A stretch of DNA of 64,000 nt from the human T2T-CHM13v2.0 reference genome, Homo sapiens. Of the stretch, positions 16,641 to 32,715 are shown in pieces. A program made the translations under genes and the position numbers. Each line of letters begins with the position of its first letter. Position 1 is the stretch's first letter. Location of the stretch: assembly GCF_009914755.1 (NCBI RefSeq), contig NC_060936.1; one strand, given 5' to 3'. The notes under the pieces are model-generated. The model ran no database searches. It was given only the letters and a program-made list of their open reading frames with translations, and had not been told where the DNA came from.

Positions 16641-17719
16641 CCTCCTCAGCTCCCAGCCTTCTGGGTCCGAGGCTCCCACCTGCTCTAAGCGCTTGGTACC
16701 AGGGAGGGAATGGGAGGACGCTTGCGGGATAGGGAGGCGGGGGCTGGAAATTGGCAGGGTGAGAGCTGGGGAAACTAGTCTGGGACGCAGCCCTCCTTGT
16801 CCCCCTTCTTCATTCACCCCCTTGTTGAGGCCCTTGGCTTTTGCATAATGTAAGTACTTATTTAATGCGTGTGCTGGCTCGAGAGCTCTGCATTTGTCTT
16901 TCTGTCCTTCATATGCCAGTGTACCTCCGCCTTCTGTCTGTCTAGGTGGGAGCTCCTGGAGAGGAGGGTGCTTCCCAGCAGTTGCTGTTCGACCCCCAGC
17001 CCCGGGCCAAGGGCACAGAGAGAGAGACAGAGAGGCTGGGGCTGCAGTGGGGGTGGGGAGGTGGGAGCTGGGGCGGGGCGGAGGGAGCGAGGGGGAGGAA
17101 TGAGAGCACCATATGACAGGCTTGTGGAACCACATCTGATGCCAACTTGGATGCTGTCCTTTTTCTCCAATAAAAGGAACTTTTCACTTGTTTTTCAGAC
17201 ACCCTTTAAAAAAATGTATTTAAAGAGGCTGGTTCCTATCCATCCGACTGGAGGCATCTCAGTGCAAGAGCAAAGCTAAGTCCTGCACACGCTCCTCCCC
17301 TCCTCCTCCTCCTTCTCCCCCCAGGTTTTCCCGAATGTATCTACTCCGGTTACAACTAGACGCGGCCCCTCCCCCACCTGCCTCCCCCCTTCCTTCCCTC
17401 GATCGTGGAGGGAGCGTTCTCTGTGCCTTCCCAAGTCCCCGTGGGGGACCTTCTATGTTGGAGTGGGGGGAGGGGGGGAGGGTCATATAACGAAGGCCAG
17501 AAAGAACAAATTAGATAATCAAAAGAATTATAGTAATTGCTTTCACTTTCCCCCGCCCGCTCAGCGGATTCCCTCCCCCGCCCCTCCCCTGGTTTTTCTG
17601 TCTGTCGGGAATACTCGGTCTTTCCGACCCCCTCCCCTCCCCCAGGTTCCTCCTCTCCTCTCCCCTTGCTCGCGCGTTCCCTCTCTTCCTCCGTTTTCTG
17701 GTGTGCTGGAACGTTCAGC

Positions 17720-17990
17720 GGAATATGATGAATGATCACCTGTCACAGCTTGTTTATTATAATGCAGGCAATCAATTACACATCCCCAATGCTGGCCGGC
17801 CCGCAGGAAATTTATATGCTCAGCACAAACCAATGTGAAAATGGAATCTCATTTGCCAAATGTCTTTCTCCCCGTACAGCACGATGATTACAGTCTGTGT
17901 TTGTTTCAACAGTCGTGTACAACTGACAGTGCCATCATTTACTGCCTGGCTCAGGTCACGTTACTCTAAGGCTTTATTTATGGTGTTACG
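17720..17990. promoter_or_regulatory. Candidate enhancer with PBX-HOX/MEIS/FOX motifs
   Basis: TGATGAAT 17726-17733, CTGTCA 17740-17745, TGACAG 17924-17929, TGTTTGTTT 17898-17906, TTTATGG 17977-17983 in repeat-free sequence. Confidence 0.4.
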
Positions 17991-18291
17991 AAGGGCAGCA
18001 CAGGAAAAGGACAAGGGTGTCTGTCAGGGATGGCACTGTGTTAAAAAGTGGGCGTGCAAGGGCCGCATTCCCGGGCAGCCGCTGCAACCTCAGCCCCTGG
18101 GCCCTTACCTCCGCAGCCTCTCCCAGCATCCAGCTACCCAGACTCCAAGGCCCCAGGCGAGAGCCAGCTCTCGGTACCTGGAGCTCCACAGGTCCCAGAA
18201 TCGGGGTGGATCAGAGTTCAAATTCTGGTTCTGCTACTGTCTAATTGCGTGCTGCAGGGACTCAATCTCTTCATCTGGGAAATGGGAGTAA
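17860..18291 (+). CDS. 143-aa putative ORF within LINC00173 (probably not a real protein)
   Basis: ATG-initiated, open for 143 codons in the large exon; no recognisable domain; C-terminus and stop lie in MIR-like sequence. Confidence 0.2.
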   Translation: MSFSPYSTMITVCVCFNSRVQLTVPSFTAWLRSRYSKALFMVLRRAAQEKDKGVCQGWHCVKKWACKGRIPGQPLQPQPLGPYLRSLSQHPATQTPRPQARASSRYLELHRSQNRGGSEFKFWFCYCLIACCRDSISSSGKWE

Positions 18292-18749
18292 TAACCCTTG
18301 GCAGGAATGTTGCGATCCTCTGGGATGTCAGAGGTGTTGATGAATGTTAGTTCCCGGGACTTCGGAAAGAGGTCCCGTTGGAAGAGATGTGAATTGGAAT
18401 TCACACCCTATATTAAAATCTCCTCCAATCTTCACCTCTGAGACATGGCTGTCTCAAGACTGTTTTGTTTCCCTTCCTGGTGGAATTTTGCACTTTTATG
18501 TCCTGTGTAGCAGCAGGTAGTGTGGCTTTGAGAAAATAAAATGGCCACCTTGCTCCGCTGTTCTTTCTTTGTAAAAAAAAAAAAAAAAAAAAAAAAACGG
18601 CATAGCAATCTTGGCCTTTCTAGCTGTGTGACCCCAGGCCGGTCAATCCCTCCTCCTCTCCAAGCCTCGGATTCCTCCCCTGAGAAGTAAAGAAAATAAC
18701 TCCTAAACTGCCTCCCGAGGCTTGCTGGCAGGATCCAAGGTGTCCAGAG

Positions 18750-19384
<635 letters not shown>

Positions 19385-19987
19385 TGATCTTGATCACCTC
19401 TGCCTCCCCAGCACCTAGTCTTCCTTGGCACATCGTGAGTGCTCGGTAAATATCTGTGGCTTTAATGGATGAATGAATGAATGACTACATGGCTAAACTC
19501 CATTCTAGGGCAACATCTGTGGTGCAGTGGATGGGCCCTAGTGAATGGATATTTAACGGATATCGTACTATTCCTCATCTCCACAGGGTCAGGCTGTGCC
19601 ACATCCACCCAGCCTTGCCTGGGGTCATTTATCCTACATGTACTCAGATCACGTGAACTGGTGATGGGCCACCCATGTGCCTGCCTGGAGACTCCTATTC
19701 ACCCTTCAGATCAATATCCCCCAAATAAACTCCCAGTCACTCTGGCATCCCATGTTGCTTTGTGATCTCTGCCTCTCTCTAGACCATTTGGCTCCTATGC
19801 ACAGGCAGCTATGTCTTTTTCATATTTGGGTCCCCAAAATGCACAGTGCGGTGCCTGCCTCAAAACAAATGCTTTTCAATCCGTCAATCAATCAGTTGAC
19901 ATGGATCATCTTTTCTCAGCACTGATGTATGGACTACAACTTGGAATTCCATTAAAGCTCCTGGGGTCAAGAAAAAAAGTGATTCAA

Positions 19988-20307
19988 GTTTATTTATTTA
20001 TTTTTTTTTGAGACAGAGTCTCATTCTGTCGCCCAGGCTGGAGTGCAGTGGCACGATCTTGGCTCACTGCAACCTCTGCCTCTGGGGTTCAAGTGATTCT
20101 CACTCATGCCTCAGCCTCCCAAGTAGCTGGGCAAGAGCCAGCACACCCGGGCTAATTTTTGTATTTTTAGTAGGGACGGGCTTTCGCCATGTTGGCCAGA
20201 CTGGTCTCGAACTCCTGGCTTCAAGTGATCTGCCCACTTCAGCCTCCCAAAGTGCTGGGATTACAGGCATTTAATCACTGCACCCGGGTGAGCCACTGCA
20301 CCCGGCC
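19988..20307 (-). mobile_element. AluS
   Basis: Alu consensus. Confidence 0.9.
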
Positions 20308-21439
20308 AAGTTCATATTCTAAAAGTGAAACATTAATGCTGCATTGTGTATTTTTTGGTCAAGTGCTTCAGATGTGTGGAAGGAATTTCTTTGTATAAAT
20401 GCAATTATTCGTCACCATGATGATAATTATAACGAGGGTGACTGCACAGAACTGTGCCTCCCCAGCAAGCATGGGCTGGGCAGGGCCGGGTATTCCCTTC
20501 GCTGACTTGCTTCACTAGTTGACTAACAGACCTTATTCCCGGGCCTGAGCTGATGATATCCTGCCAATGCCAGCTTCCCAACATGGAGGGGACGCAAGAG
20601 CGAGCGCCATGGGATCCTGGGGGAAAAGCAGCCTGTGTTTGCTGCTGCTTTGACAGTTGAGGCTCTGAGAGGGACTGGCAAACAATGGGAAATGAAACAT
20701 TTGAGTGGTTGCAAAAAATTCCATGGGAAATCCCCCCTGGTGGTATTTATGTGCGACGGCTGTGACAAGGAGAGCGCAGGGCTTTCGATTTCAAGGGTTC
20801 CTGAGCAGACCACAATGGCCTTCCAAGATGGCAATCCCCGGGAACAGCTCTCTCGGCCACAAAAGGCCAGTTTGTCTGTCCAGGGAAGATCTGGCCCCAT
20901 GCATCAAGTTGGCCATGAGCTGCAGTGTCTTCTTTGGGGCATGACCCACATTTATAGGGTCTGGGCCTCTGAACCTTCTGCTCCTAAGACAGATCTATCT
21001 CAGTTGTCCCTCTGGTTTTCCCAGGCCTCAAGGACCTGGGGGCTGATAGGGGCTGAGGGGTTTCCCTCGGGCTCAGCCTCCATCTGCAGAACTGTGGGAA
21101 CCTCAGCCTCCATCAGACCCCTCCCCATTTTCTGGTCAGCACGTGGCCTCCTCCTGTTTCCTCCATTCCCGTTGGTAATGGACATTTATTTAACTTTTAC
21201 TCCCCCTCCATTCTCATTTAGAAAAGAAAGTGAACTGATATTAACCAATCTTTGTTTTGCCTTCTTTAACACTAATGCATATGCAAAATAGTTACCACTA
21301 TTGATAATATCTTATTGCTGCTGTGATATATGTGTGTATATGTACAGATCTGCTTGAAGGTAAGCTTTATATAGATTTTTAGAGATACTTGGTAAATGAG
21401 AAAATGGAAACTGAAAGAGGTTAAATAAACTGCCCATGT

Positions 21440-21945
21440 GTATTGGTCATGAGGTTTCAGTTGCAAAGTGACAAAATCCTGACTTAGATGAACTTAAACC
21501 GGATGGAAAATGTACATTGTATTATTTGAGAAGCAAGGTCTGGATAAGCTTCAGGCATGGCTGGATCCAGGCCCTCAGTTAAGTCTTTAGGAATTTCCCT
21601 CTCTCTAGCTTTTTGGCTTTGCTTTTCCCTGTATTGGTTTCATGTTTAGATTGGCTCACTTCACCTGTTTTACATCTTTCCAGAGTCAAATCCAGCCTTT
21701 TTCCTGGTTGCCTCCATAAAAGTCCCAGGGTTAGGTTTAGTGTGCTCTGATAGATTCAGCTGCCCATTGCTGAAGCAGTGACTCTGGCAACAGGGATGGA
21801 CTGATCTAAGTGCCCAGGTTCCAGTCACTGCTGAAGCCCAGCCAGACCACCTGGACACAGTAAGAGTGAGTGGTTCCCCCAAAGAAAACTGGGGTGCTCT
21901 TACCAGAAGAAGGAGGAATCGACAAAAAGACCTGATGTCCTAAAC
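21440..21945 (-). mobile_element. Old MLT1 (J/K-like) LTR
   Basis: ttcagttgcaaagtgaca..gcttcaggcatggctggatccagg. Confidence 0.55.
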
Positions 21946-23789
21946 TCCCGTGTCACACTGTCACTAATGGGCAGGCAGACCCATACAGCAGCTCCTCTGC
22001 ATCTTCATGCTGCTAGAGACCACCACCGGGACCACCTCCCTCCTCCATGCTCTATCCTGCCCTGTGCCTCCAGCCCCGCCCCTGCTGCAGGAATTCACTC
22101 TAGTCAGTAGTTTTCAAAATGTGCGGGAAGGAGGAAGCCAGTGGAAGAGAGCAGGTGGCTGGGTGACCTGTGGCTATGGGATTCCCCTCCTCTATTTCAA
22201 CCATCCAGCAATTCTTGTGTCTCTTTGTAGATTCAGTTTCCTTGTACACTTTTATTTAAACAAAGGACACCCCAGATTTTTTAAACTTGCAAATCAGCAA
22301 TTTTTCTGGAATCTATGTCTACTTACCCTAAATTAAGGAACAATAGCTCAGAAAGAGGCAGGAAACTGACAACACGTCAAATGAGTGCCAAGGGGATCTG
22401 AGAAACCACACCTCCCGATTCCCATCTCTTGCCCTTTGCACCCACGGCCTTGCAGATGGGGTCAAGATTTGTGGGCTTCTGATTTATTGGCCAAGGATGC
22501 AGACCTTAACATGTAAGTGGAGCAGCTTCCCAGAAAAGAGAAGGAAGAGGATACCTTTGCACAGTTTTTTTCTAGTCTCTGGGTTCTGTGCCCCCAGGGC
22601 AGGCAGCCTCTGGGGACTCCCTGTAGGTAGGATCCTGCCAGAATGGAGAAAAACATCCCAATTCCTGTTATTCCCTCCTGGTCCTGGGAGCTTACATCAC
22701 CATTCCAGGAGAACTTACATGAGCAAGCCATGTCATGCTTCCGTTTAGGAGGATGTTTACAAACCACTATTCTGTCCTCTGAGTGTCTGGAAAGCTGGTG
22801 TCTGTGTACCAGGCCCTGCAATGCATTTCAAACACAGCTTTCTGCTGCACTGATCAGTGCTAATCCTCATAGGTAACCTTTCTGAGCACTTCCAGCATTC
22901 CTGGAACTGTGTGCTAAGTGCTTGACATGTATCATTTCATTGAATCTTCCCAACAATCCAATACCATAGGTAGCAGTATTATTTTCATTTTATAGCTGCA
23001 AATAAACGAAGGTGCAGAAAGGTGAATGAATTTGTCTGAGGTCCATCAGCCAGGTTCAAACCCAGGCAATCAGAGTCAAGAGAATGAACTAGATGCTACG
23101 GTACATTGCTACGCTTAGACGCACCAGGAAAGCTCTGGACGAGGAAGATGTAGGTTGTTGCCAGCACCTATGCACGGACAGACAGAAAGTCCTCTGCTTC
23201 CTTCAGGCCCTTGCTTCCACTTCCCCGGGGCTTCCAGCTGAGCCTGCATTTTTCTTTGACTTCCCCCTCTTGCCTGGCGTTTTCAGCAAACACACACAGA
23301 GGATTACGGGGAGAAAACTATCATATTACCAAGTGGACATGGCTCCTAAGGTGCCAACTGAACACAGGTAAGTCGGGTAAGGAAAGGCACACAGTCTCAT
23401 TACTTAGACTACCCCGCAGCCGCTTATTGAATTAGTGTGATTCTTAACATCTTCAACTTGGATCTCCTCCAGGCCAGCCGGCTGGTGCATTCAGTACGAC
23501 TCAGCTCGCCTTAACTCAATTAACAAAGCCAGGCTGAGCCGGGCTGAGCTGAACTCAACAAGTTTTTCTTAAGCACTGAGCTGGCTGCAGAGGGGAAAAA
23601 AAAGCAACAAAGGAGAGCAAGACGCTGCCTTGGCCCTTTAAGAGTTGCCTTGCGCGCTTAGTGGATAATACGGTGCCGTATTTTCTAAGTATCACCTTGG
23701 TGGTTTTTGCCATACCTGCACTCCCTCTGTGCTATTATTTACTTCATATTTTTCTTTAAACAAATTCACTTCCTTTTTCAAACTTATTT

Positions 23790-24298
23790 TTTTTAATTAT
23801 TGAGGTGAAGTTGACATACCATAAAATTAACCATTTGAAAGTGAATTCTTAGAGCATGATGCTCATCTGAAGAAAAAAGTAAAAATAAAGTGAATTCAGT
23901 GGCATTTAGTACTTTATAGCGTTATGTGACCATCACCTTTATCTAACTCCAAGACATTTTCATTACGTCAAAATGAAACTCCATAACCTTTAAGTAGTCA
24001 CGCCCCATTCCCTTCTCCCCGACAACCCCTGGTAACCATCAAACTGCTTTCTGTTTCTGTGGATTTATCTATTCCGGATGTTTCATGTAAGTGGAATCCT
24101 ACAGTATCCTTGTGGTTCTGGCTTATTTTACTTAGCATAATATCTTTAAGGTCCATCCATGTTGTAGCATGAATCAGTGCTTCATTCCTTTTCATGACTG
24201 AATAATATTCCATTGTGTGGATAAACACAACTTGTTTACCCACCCACCCATTCATTGATGGACATTTGAGCATTTCCATCTTTTGGCTATTGTGATTA
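23790..24298 (-). mobile_element. L1MB-type 3' end
   Basis: gtggatttatctattccggat, aggtccatccatgttgtagcatg, cattgatggacatttg. Confidence 0.8.
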
Positions 24299-24304
24299 GT
24301 TAAG

Positions 24305-24614
<310 letters not shown>

Positions 24615-24942
24615 TAAGTTTACTTTAAAAGGAAATTCTACATCACTACAGTAAACGGGAAGCCAATATTTTTATAATACACAATACAATACCTACATAA
24701 CTATTAGAAGGACAAATTTCATCTTTGTAGGTCATAAAAATCATCCTGTGAACTATCAGATGCAATCGTAAAAAGGCTGGGCTCAGGGAGTGGTCGGACT
24801 TGAGTTCAAATCCTGACTTTGCCATCTGTGTGACTCTGGGCAAGTGTCCTGTCCTCCCTGAACCTCAGTTTCTTTATTTGTAAAATGATAAGACTTAATA
24901 TTCCTTCCTCTTGTAGTGGTTATGGGAATTAAGATCATGAGT

Positions 24943-25259
24943 GGCCTGGCAGAGTGGCTGCCACCTGTGATCCCAGCACTTTGGGAGGTCAAAGCAGGAG
25001 GATGGCTTGAGGCCAGGAATTCAAGACCAGCCTGGGCAACATAGCAAGACCCCATCTCTACAAAAAGTTTAAAAAATTAACTGCGTGTGGTGGCACACAC
25101 CTGTGGTCCCAGCTACTCGGGAGGCTAAAGTGAGAGGATCACTTGAACCCAGGACTTTGAGGCTGCAGTAAGCTATGATCGTGCCACTTCACTCCAGCCT
25201 GGGCTTAATAGGGCAAGACCCCATCTCTAAAAAATAATATTTTAAATAAATAAATAAAA
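24943..25259 (+). mobile_element. AluJ-like
   Basis: Alu consensus inside a MIR. Confidence 0.9.
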
Positions 25260-25530
25260 CCATGTGTAAAGTGTTAGAACCATGCCAGGTACATAGCAAG
25301 CCCTTCGAAACACAAAAGCTGGTAGGTAAAACTACAGGTCATACACCCACTAGCGGTCAATATATTAGCAGCTAACAAAGTAAATATTTGTTGTGTGCCA
25401 GAAACTGGGTGAAGCACCTTCCAGGTGTTATGTCATCTTCTCAGGGTTCTAAGAGGCAAATATTATTATCCCCATTTCATAGATTGGAGAACAGAGGCAA
25501 AGAGAGGTGGAGCCAGTAGTCAAACATTCA

Positions 25531-25897
<367 letters not shown>

Positions 25898-26440
25898 CTA
25901 AGAATCACCTCCGGTGGAAAGTGGCCCCGGGGCAGGGGTGATTCATCGCAAAATGGCTTCCTGAGCCCCTGAGGTCCAGCCTGGGCAGTGGCAGTGCGCG
26001 GCAATCCTGGCCCAGTGGCTCTGTCCTTCTTGGATTCCTTCCAGCAATGTCTCTTTATCAAGTCGCTCTTCCTCGGGTCTGCCAAGACTAGTCTCCCTGA
26101 GAGACTGCTCTCAGCCTTCACATCTTTTCTAGTTGATATCCCTCTAGCAGTTAATGGCTTCACCTGCCCTTCCTGTATTCCATCACCCAAAGACAAATCC
26201 AGTGTCCCTAAAACCTCACCTGTGCTCTGCAATCTCTCTCACTAGTTCCACGCTGCATCTGAGCCCTCGAGACTGCCATACAGCCTCTTACTAATTATCC
26301 ACCCTGGTGCAAAAATTAGCACGTCTCAGGTTCACATGTATCCATTATACCTTCACCGATAGGGATGCAGTCTGCATAATTCACAGTTTTAGTCTGCATG
26401 GGGAATCCTGTCTCACCCATTGGCAACACTAGCATGGGGG

Positions 26441-27190
<750 letters not shown>

Positions 27191-27390
27191 CTGGATGGGG
27201 CTTCACAGAGAAGAGGTGCCTGGTAGTCTTTGTAACTGGCTTATTGTATATTTCAACACCCTGGACACACACATAAAAGGGTTCTTCTCTCAAGACAATT
27301 GTCAATGACATTCTTGCCAATCTCCTTTTCCCAGTCCTTTGTGGCATCATGAACAGATCCTGTAACTTTCTGGCCACTTCCCAATATTGA

Positions 27391-27680
<290 letters not shown>

Positions 27681-28780
27681 TGCCAGTTTACTTTAAAACA
27701 GCCACCTAGTCCCCATCTCCTAACTCAGGTTTGACGCACAGCCTGAGGAAACTGGAGAGGACCTGGCCACCTTTTGCTTCCTTCTCCCCGTGTTTCTGGC
27801 TCCCAAAGTACACCAAGGAGGAGGATTTCATGGGCAAACAAATTTGGCCAATGCTGCATTAAACCAAGTTACCCAGATGTCTCTACTTCAGGGTCAGTTG
27901 ATGTGTGAATGTTCATCCAAGAACAGGTGGTTTCCAAACTTCTTCAGCCCAGGACACTATTTTTCCACAGAGCGTCCTACCTCCCTAGTGTTCCCCAGAG
28001 CACACTTTGTGAAACACCACACAATAAAAAGTACTGCCAAATATAAAGTATATCCACAACTATTACGTTTGCATAGCAATAGAAGATGAGTTTTTGAGTA
28101 AACACAGCAACTGTGGAACAGTTTTGTGATTTATTCAGAAAACTGGCTCCAAGATCGCTGTGGACAAGACCCAACTTGGCTGGGAGATTGTAATCCCTCA
28201 GTAGAGCCACGTGGACAGTGAAGCTGGCCGAAGTTTACTCTGAGAAAGGATCAGAGACTGAAATTGCTCTGATTTTCCTAAACCCAGCTTCTGTAGTCAG
28301 GAAGAGGTAACTGTCATATTTAAAGGCAAGTACTTTCAGGAAAAATTTGCATGATAGTGTGGTCCTATAAGTTATGCAATTCTATTATGCAAATTCAATG
28401 ATAGGGACTCGGCAGATGATAATAATAATAATATAATAATAAGAGAAAAGATAGAATTAACAAATGCAAGTGGCAAGCAAAGCCTCGCCTTCTTCTCCTG
28501 GTGTAGATCTCGGATCCACCCAGTAATCTCTGCTCCCAAGGGCCTCTCAGCCTCAAGCATGAGTCTAGTATTTAAATATCTGTTGTTTTCGTATCCTACG
28601 ACTTCTAAAAGCCGACCAACTTCAGCTGGTCCTCAGCTGGACAATTGGCAACCTCTTCTGATGCTGGAGAAAACCAGGCTGCCCTGGACTGATGGGGAGA
28701 AATTGACCAGCTCCCAACTTAGTGTCTTTCTAAGGATTTCCAAGGATAATTTCTGACCATTGTCTGTTCTCCCTAGAAGC

Positions 28781-29074
28781 TTTTTTTTTTTTTTTTTTTT
28801 TTTTGAGGCAGAAATCACACCACTGGAGTCCAGTGACTCGATCTCTGCTCACTGCAGTCTGTGCCTCCCAGGTTCAAGCAGTCCTCTCACCTCAGCCTCC
28901 CGAGTAGCTGAGACTACAGGCATGCACCATCATGCCCAACTAATTTTTGTATTTTTGGTAGAGACATGGTTTCGCCACATTGCGCAGGCTGCTCTCCAAC
29001 TCCTGGCCTCAAGTGATCAGCTCCCCAGACCTCTCAAAGTGCTAGGAATACAGGCATGAGCCACTGCACCGGCC
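28781..29074 (-). mobile_element. Alu
   Basis: Alu consensus. Confidence 0.9.
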
Positions 29075-29776
29075 ACCCCAGGAGTTTATCGAGTCACACG
29101 ACCATGCCATTGAGGCTCCCCTGTAGTCTCAAAACTGAATTGAATCTAGTTTTGTCCATATAATCAAGGAGAATATTTTCTGAAAGCCAGGATTAACCCA
29201 ACAATTGGATATCACGGGGGCCATCGAGGTGATAAGATGTGAGGAAAGTCAACCAAGCTCACTCCATGCCCCATTCCCAAACTCCCCCATACATACACAA
29301 GATAGCCTAGAGAAAAAAAGTTGATCTGACTGTGTTATCAGAAAGGGGTGGTATTACTCAGCAGTCTAGCCGGGATAGGTTTATCCATGTAGCTAACAGG
29401 CTGCCAAAGACCAGAGGGGATTTGAAAAGCAGTGTGGGGGCGGGGGGTTGGGGGCAGATATGGAGCCTGTACTCCACCTCTCCAGCTTTCTCCTCCTGCA
29501 TAACAATTCCCACTGCCCACGGAATGATGCCCAAACTCCAGGCCCTTTGTATGCGTCTCCAGCCCTCATGAGCTGAGACCATCCCTGACCCTAAGGCAGG
29601 GTCTGGTTCTCAGTCATCTACCATTCTGCCCAGCCCTGAGCACAGATTTTGGCAGATAAGCCAGAGCTCAATGGATGAAGGTCAAATGAGTGAAAAAGGA
29701 ACCCACATAAAACTCAGGTACCCTGTGCTCCAGTCTCAGCACTGCGTTATGTCAAAAATAAAATAATTTTTTGGGG

Positions 29777-30313
<537 letters not shown>

Positions 30314-30647
30314 TTAGATCTCACCTCCATGGCAGTTGGCTCCAAAATCTCTATTAAATTCCTTCAAACTCTCCTTCAGATCTCACTTCTCTCTTCCCCT
30401 TCCAAATATAACTTCCACTATTTCCTGGGAGTGCAGGGAGGCTGGTTAAGCACACGGGCTTCGGGGCACAACTTGCTGAGTTTAAATTTAGTCCTGTCAC
30501 TGTCTAACTTGGGCAGGTACTTGGCCCATGGTAAGCACTCAATAAATGTAATCCATTGTTGTTAGTTATTAGTATTCTTCAAATTCTGTTGGCTTCTCCA
30601 ATATTTTTTTTCACTTAGCCCACTTTTCCATCCATGCAGCAAGGAAA

Positions 30648-31107
30648 GTGTATTCATTTCCCAGGGGTGCCATAAGAAATCATCACAAACTTGGGGGCTT
30701 AAAACCACAGAAATCGATGTCCCCACAGTTCTGGAGGCCAGAAGTCCAAAATCAAGGTAGCGGCGGGGCCACGCCCCCTCCAAAGGCTCTCCCGGAGATT
30801 CAGTTCCTCGCCTCCTCCAGCCTCTGGTGGCTTTTAGCATTCCTTGGGTCGTGGCTGCGTCGCCCCAATCCCTGCCTCTGTCTCCACGTGGCCTTCCCCT
30901 GGCCTCTCTTGTCTGTGTCTCTTCCAAAGACACTTGTCGCGTTGGAGTTAAGGCCCACCCAGATAATCTGGGATGATCTCATTTCGAGAACCGTAACTTA
31001 ATTACATCTGCAAAGACCATTTTCCCAAATAAGTTCTTATTCACAGATTCTGAGGAAGGGTGGTTGTACATGGATATATTTGTGGGGGTGCATTTATCCC
31101 GCTACAA
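30648..31107 (-). mobile_element. MLT1 LTR
   Basis: cagttctggaggccagaagtccaaaatcaagg..ggcccacccagataatc..ttaattacatctgcaaagacc. Confidence 0.8.
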
Positions 31108-32100
31108 ATGACACTGGGTCCTTCTACTTGTGGATGGTGGGTGGGGAGAGGGTTGAACACTCCTGTAATTCTTTCTTTTTTTTTTTTTTCCTTTTCTCCT
31201 TGTCATGCTGAATATATCGAGTCAGCAGCCAGCATCAGGTACCTGGGAATGAGGAAGGAAAGACAGGCAGATGGCAAAGGGGCCTGTCAACTTCTCCTTT
31301 TCACTGACACTCACGCCACTCTTTGATTTACAACCACAGAATACCTAACTGCAAGAACTGCCGCATCCCTGGTGGTCTGACCTTGTCTCTGAGCTAAGCA
31401 GCAGATTTCAGCCACAGCGTCTGACTCTCAGGCAGACACATCCTGTCCAAGGACTGGAGACAGAGCATCCGTTCTCCCACCCAGAGCGGTCAGCTGCATG
31501 TGGCTGGTTGGGGGGCGGTTCAGGTTAGTTAGTTATTGATATCCTGTGTTAAGATTCCTGCCTTGGCGGCACTGAAGGGATCCGGGAGGCAGTGACTTCA
31601 CTCACTCGACTCAAATTGCAATCAGCCAGCCTCTTGGCTCAGGCATTCATCTACCCAGAACTATTTTTGGTGTGTGTTCATAGACAGCACACACCAAAGT
31701 ATTTGGTATTTGAGATGCAAGCACTAAGGATGATTAAAGTTAGTTGCTAATGAGCATGCCTAGAATAGATATACTCTGTGTGTATGCGTGTGTGTGTGCG
31801 CGCGCTCCATGTGTGTGCTCTGTTGCGTGTCTACAAAGCAGATGTCTACACACCTGCCCTTAGGTGACCTCACCAATGTCCATGAACTGGTGCTGCTAGA
31901 TCAGCTAAGAGGTCCCTGGACGGAAGACGGAAATGGATAACAATTGACCTGTCTCAAAATACTGCCTTACTGGGTACCCATGCTCCCCCATCAGAATCCA
32001 ATCTACCTTTCAACGTCTAGCTCAGCCCATCTTACCAGGAAGCCTCACTTGACCACCTTCTGAACTTAGACCAAGGCTAGAAAATATGTTTTATCTCGAG

Positions 32101-32715
<615 letters not shown>

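Noticed and set aside
20635-21291. Longest ORF in the window (218 aa)
   Set aside because: Non-ATG start, no recognisable domain, no supporting exon structure; compatible with chance.
23495-23585. GAGCT/GGGCT pentamers resembling immunoglobulin switch repeats
   Set aside because: Only a few copies over <100 bp; real switch regions span kilobases.
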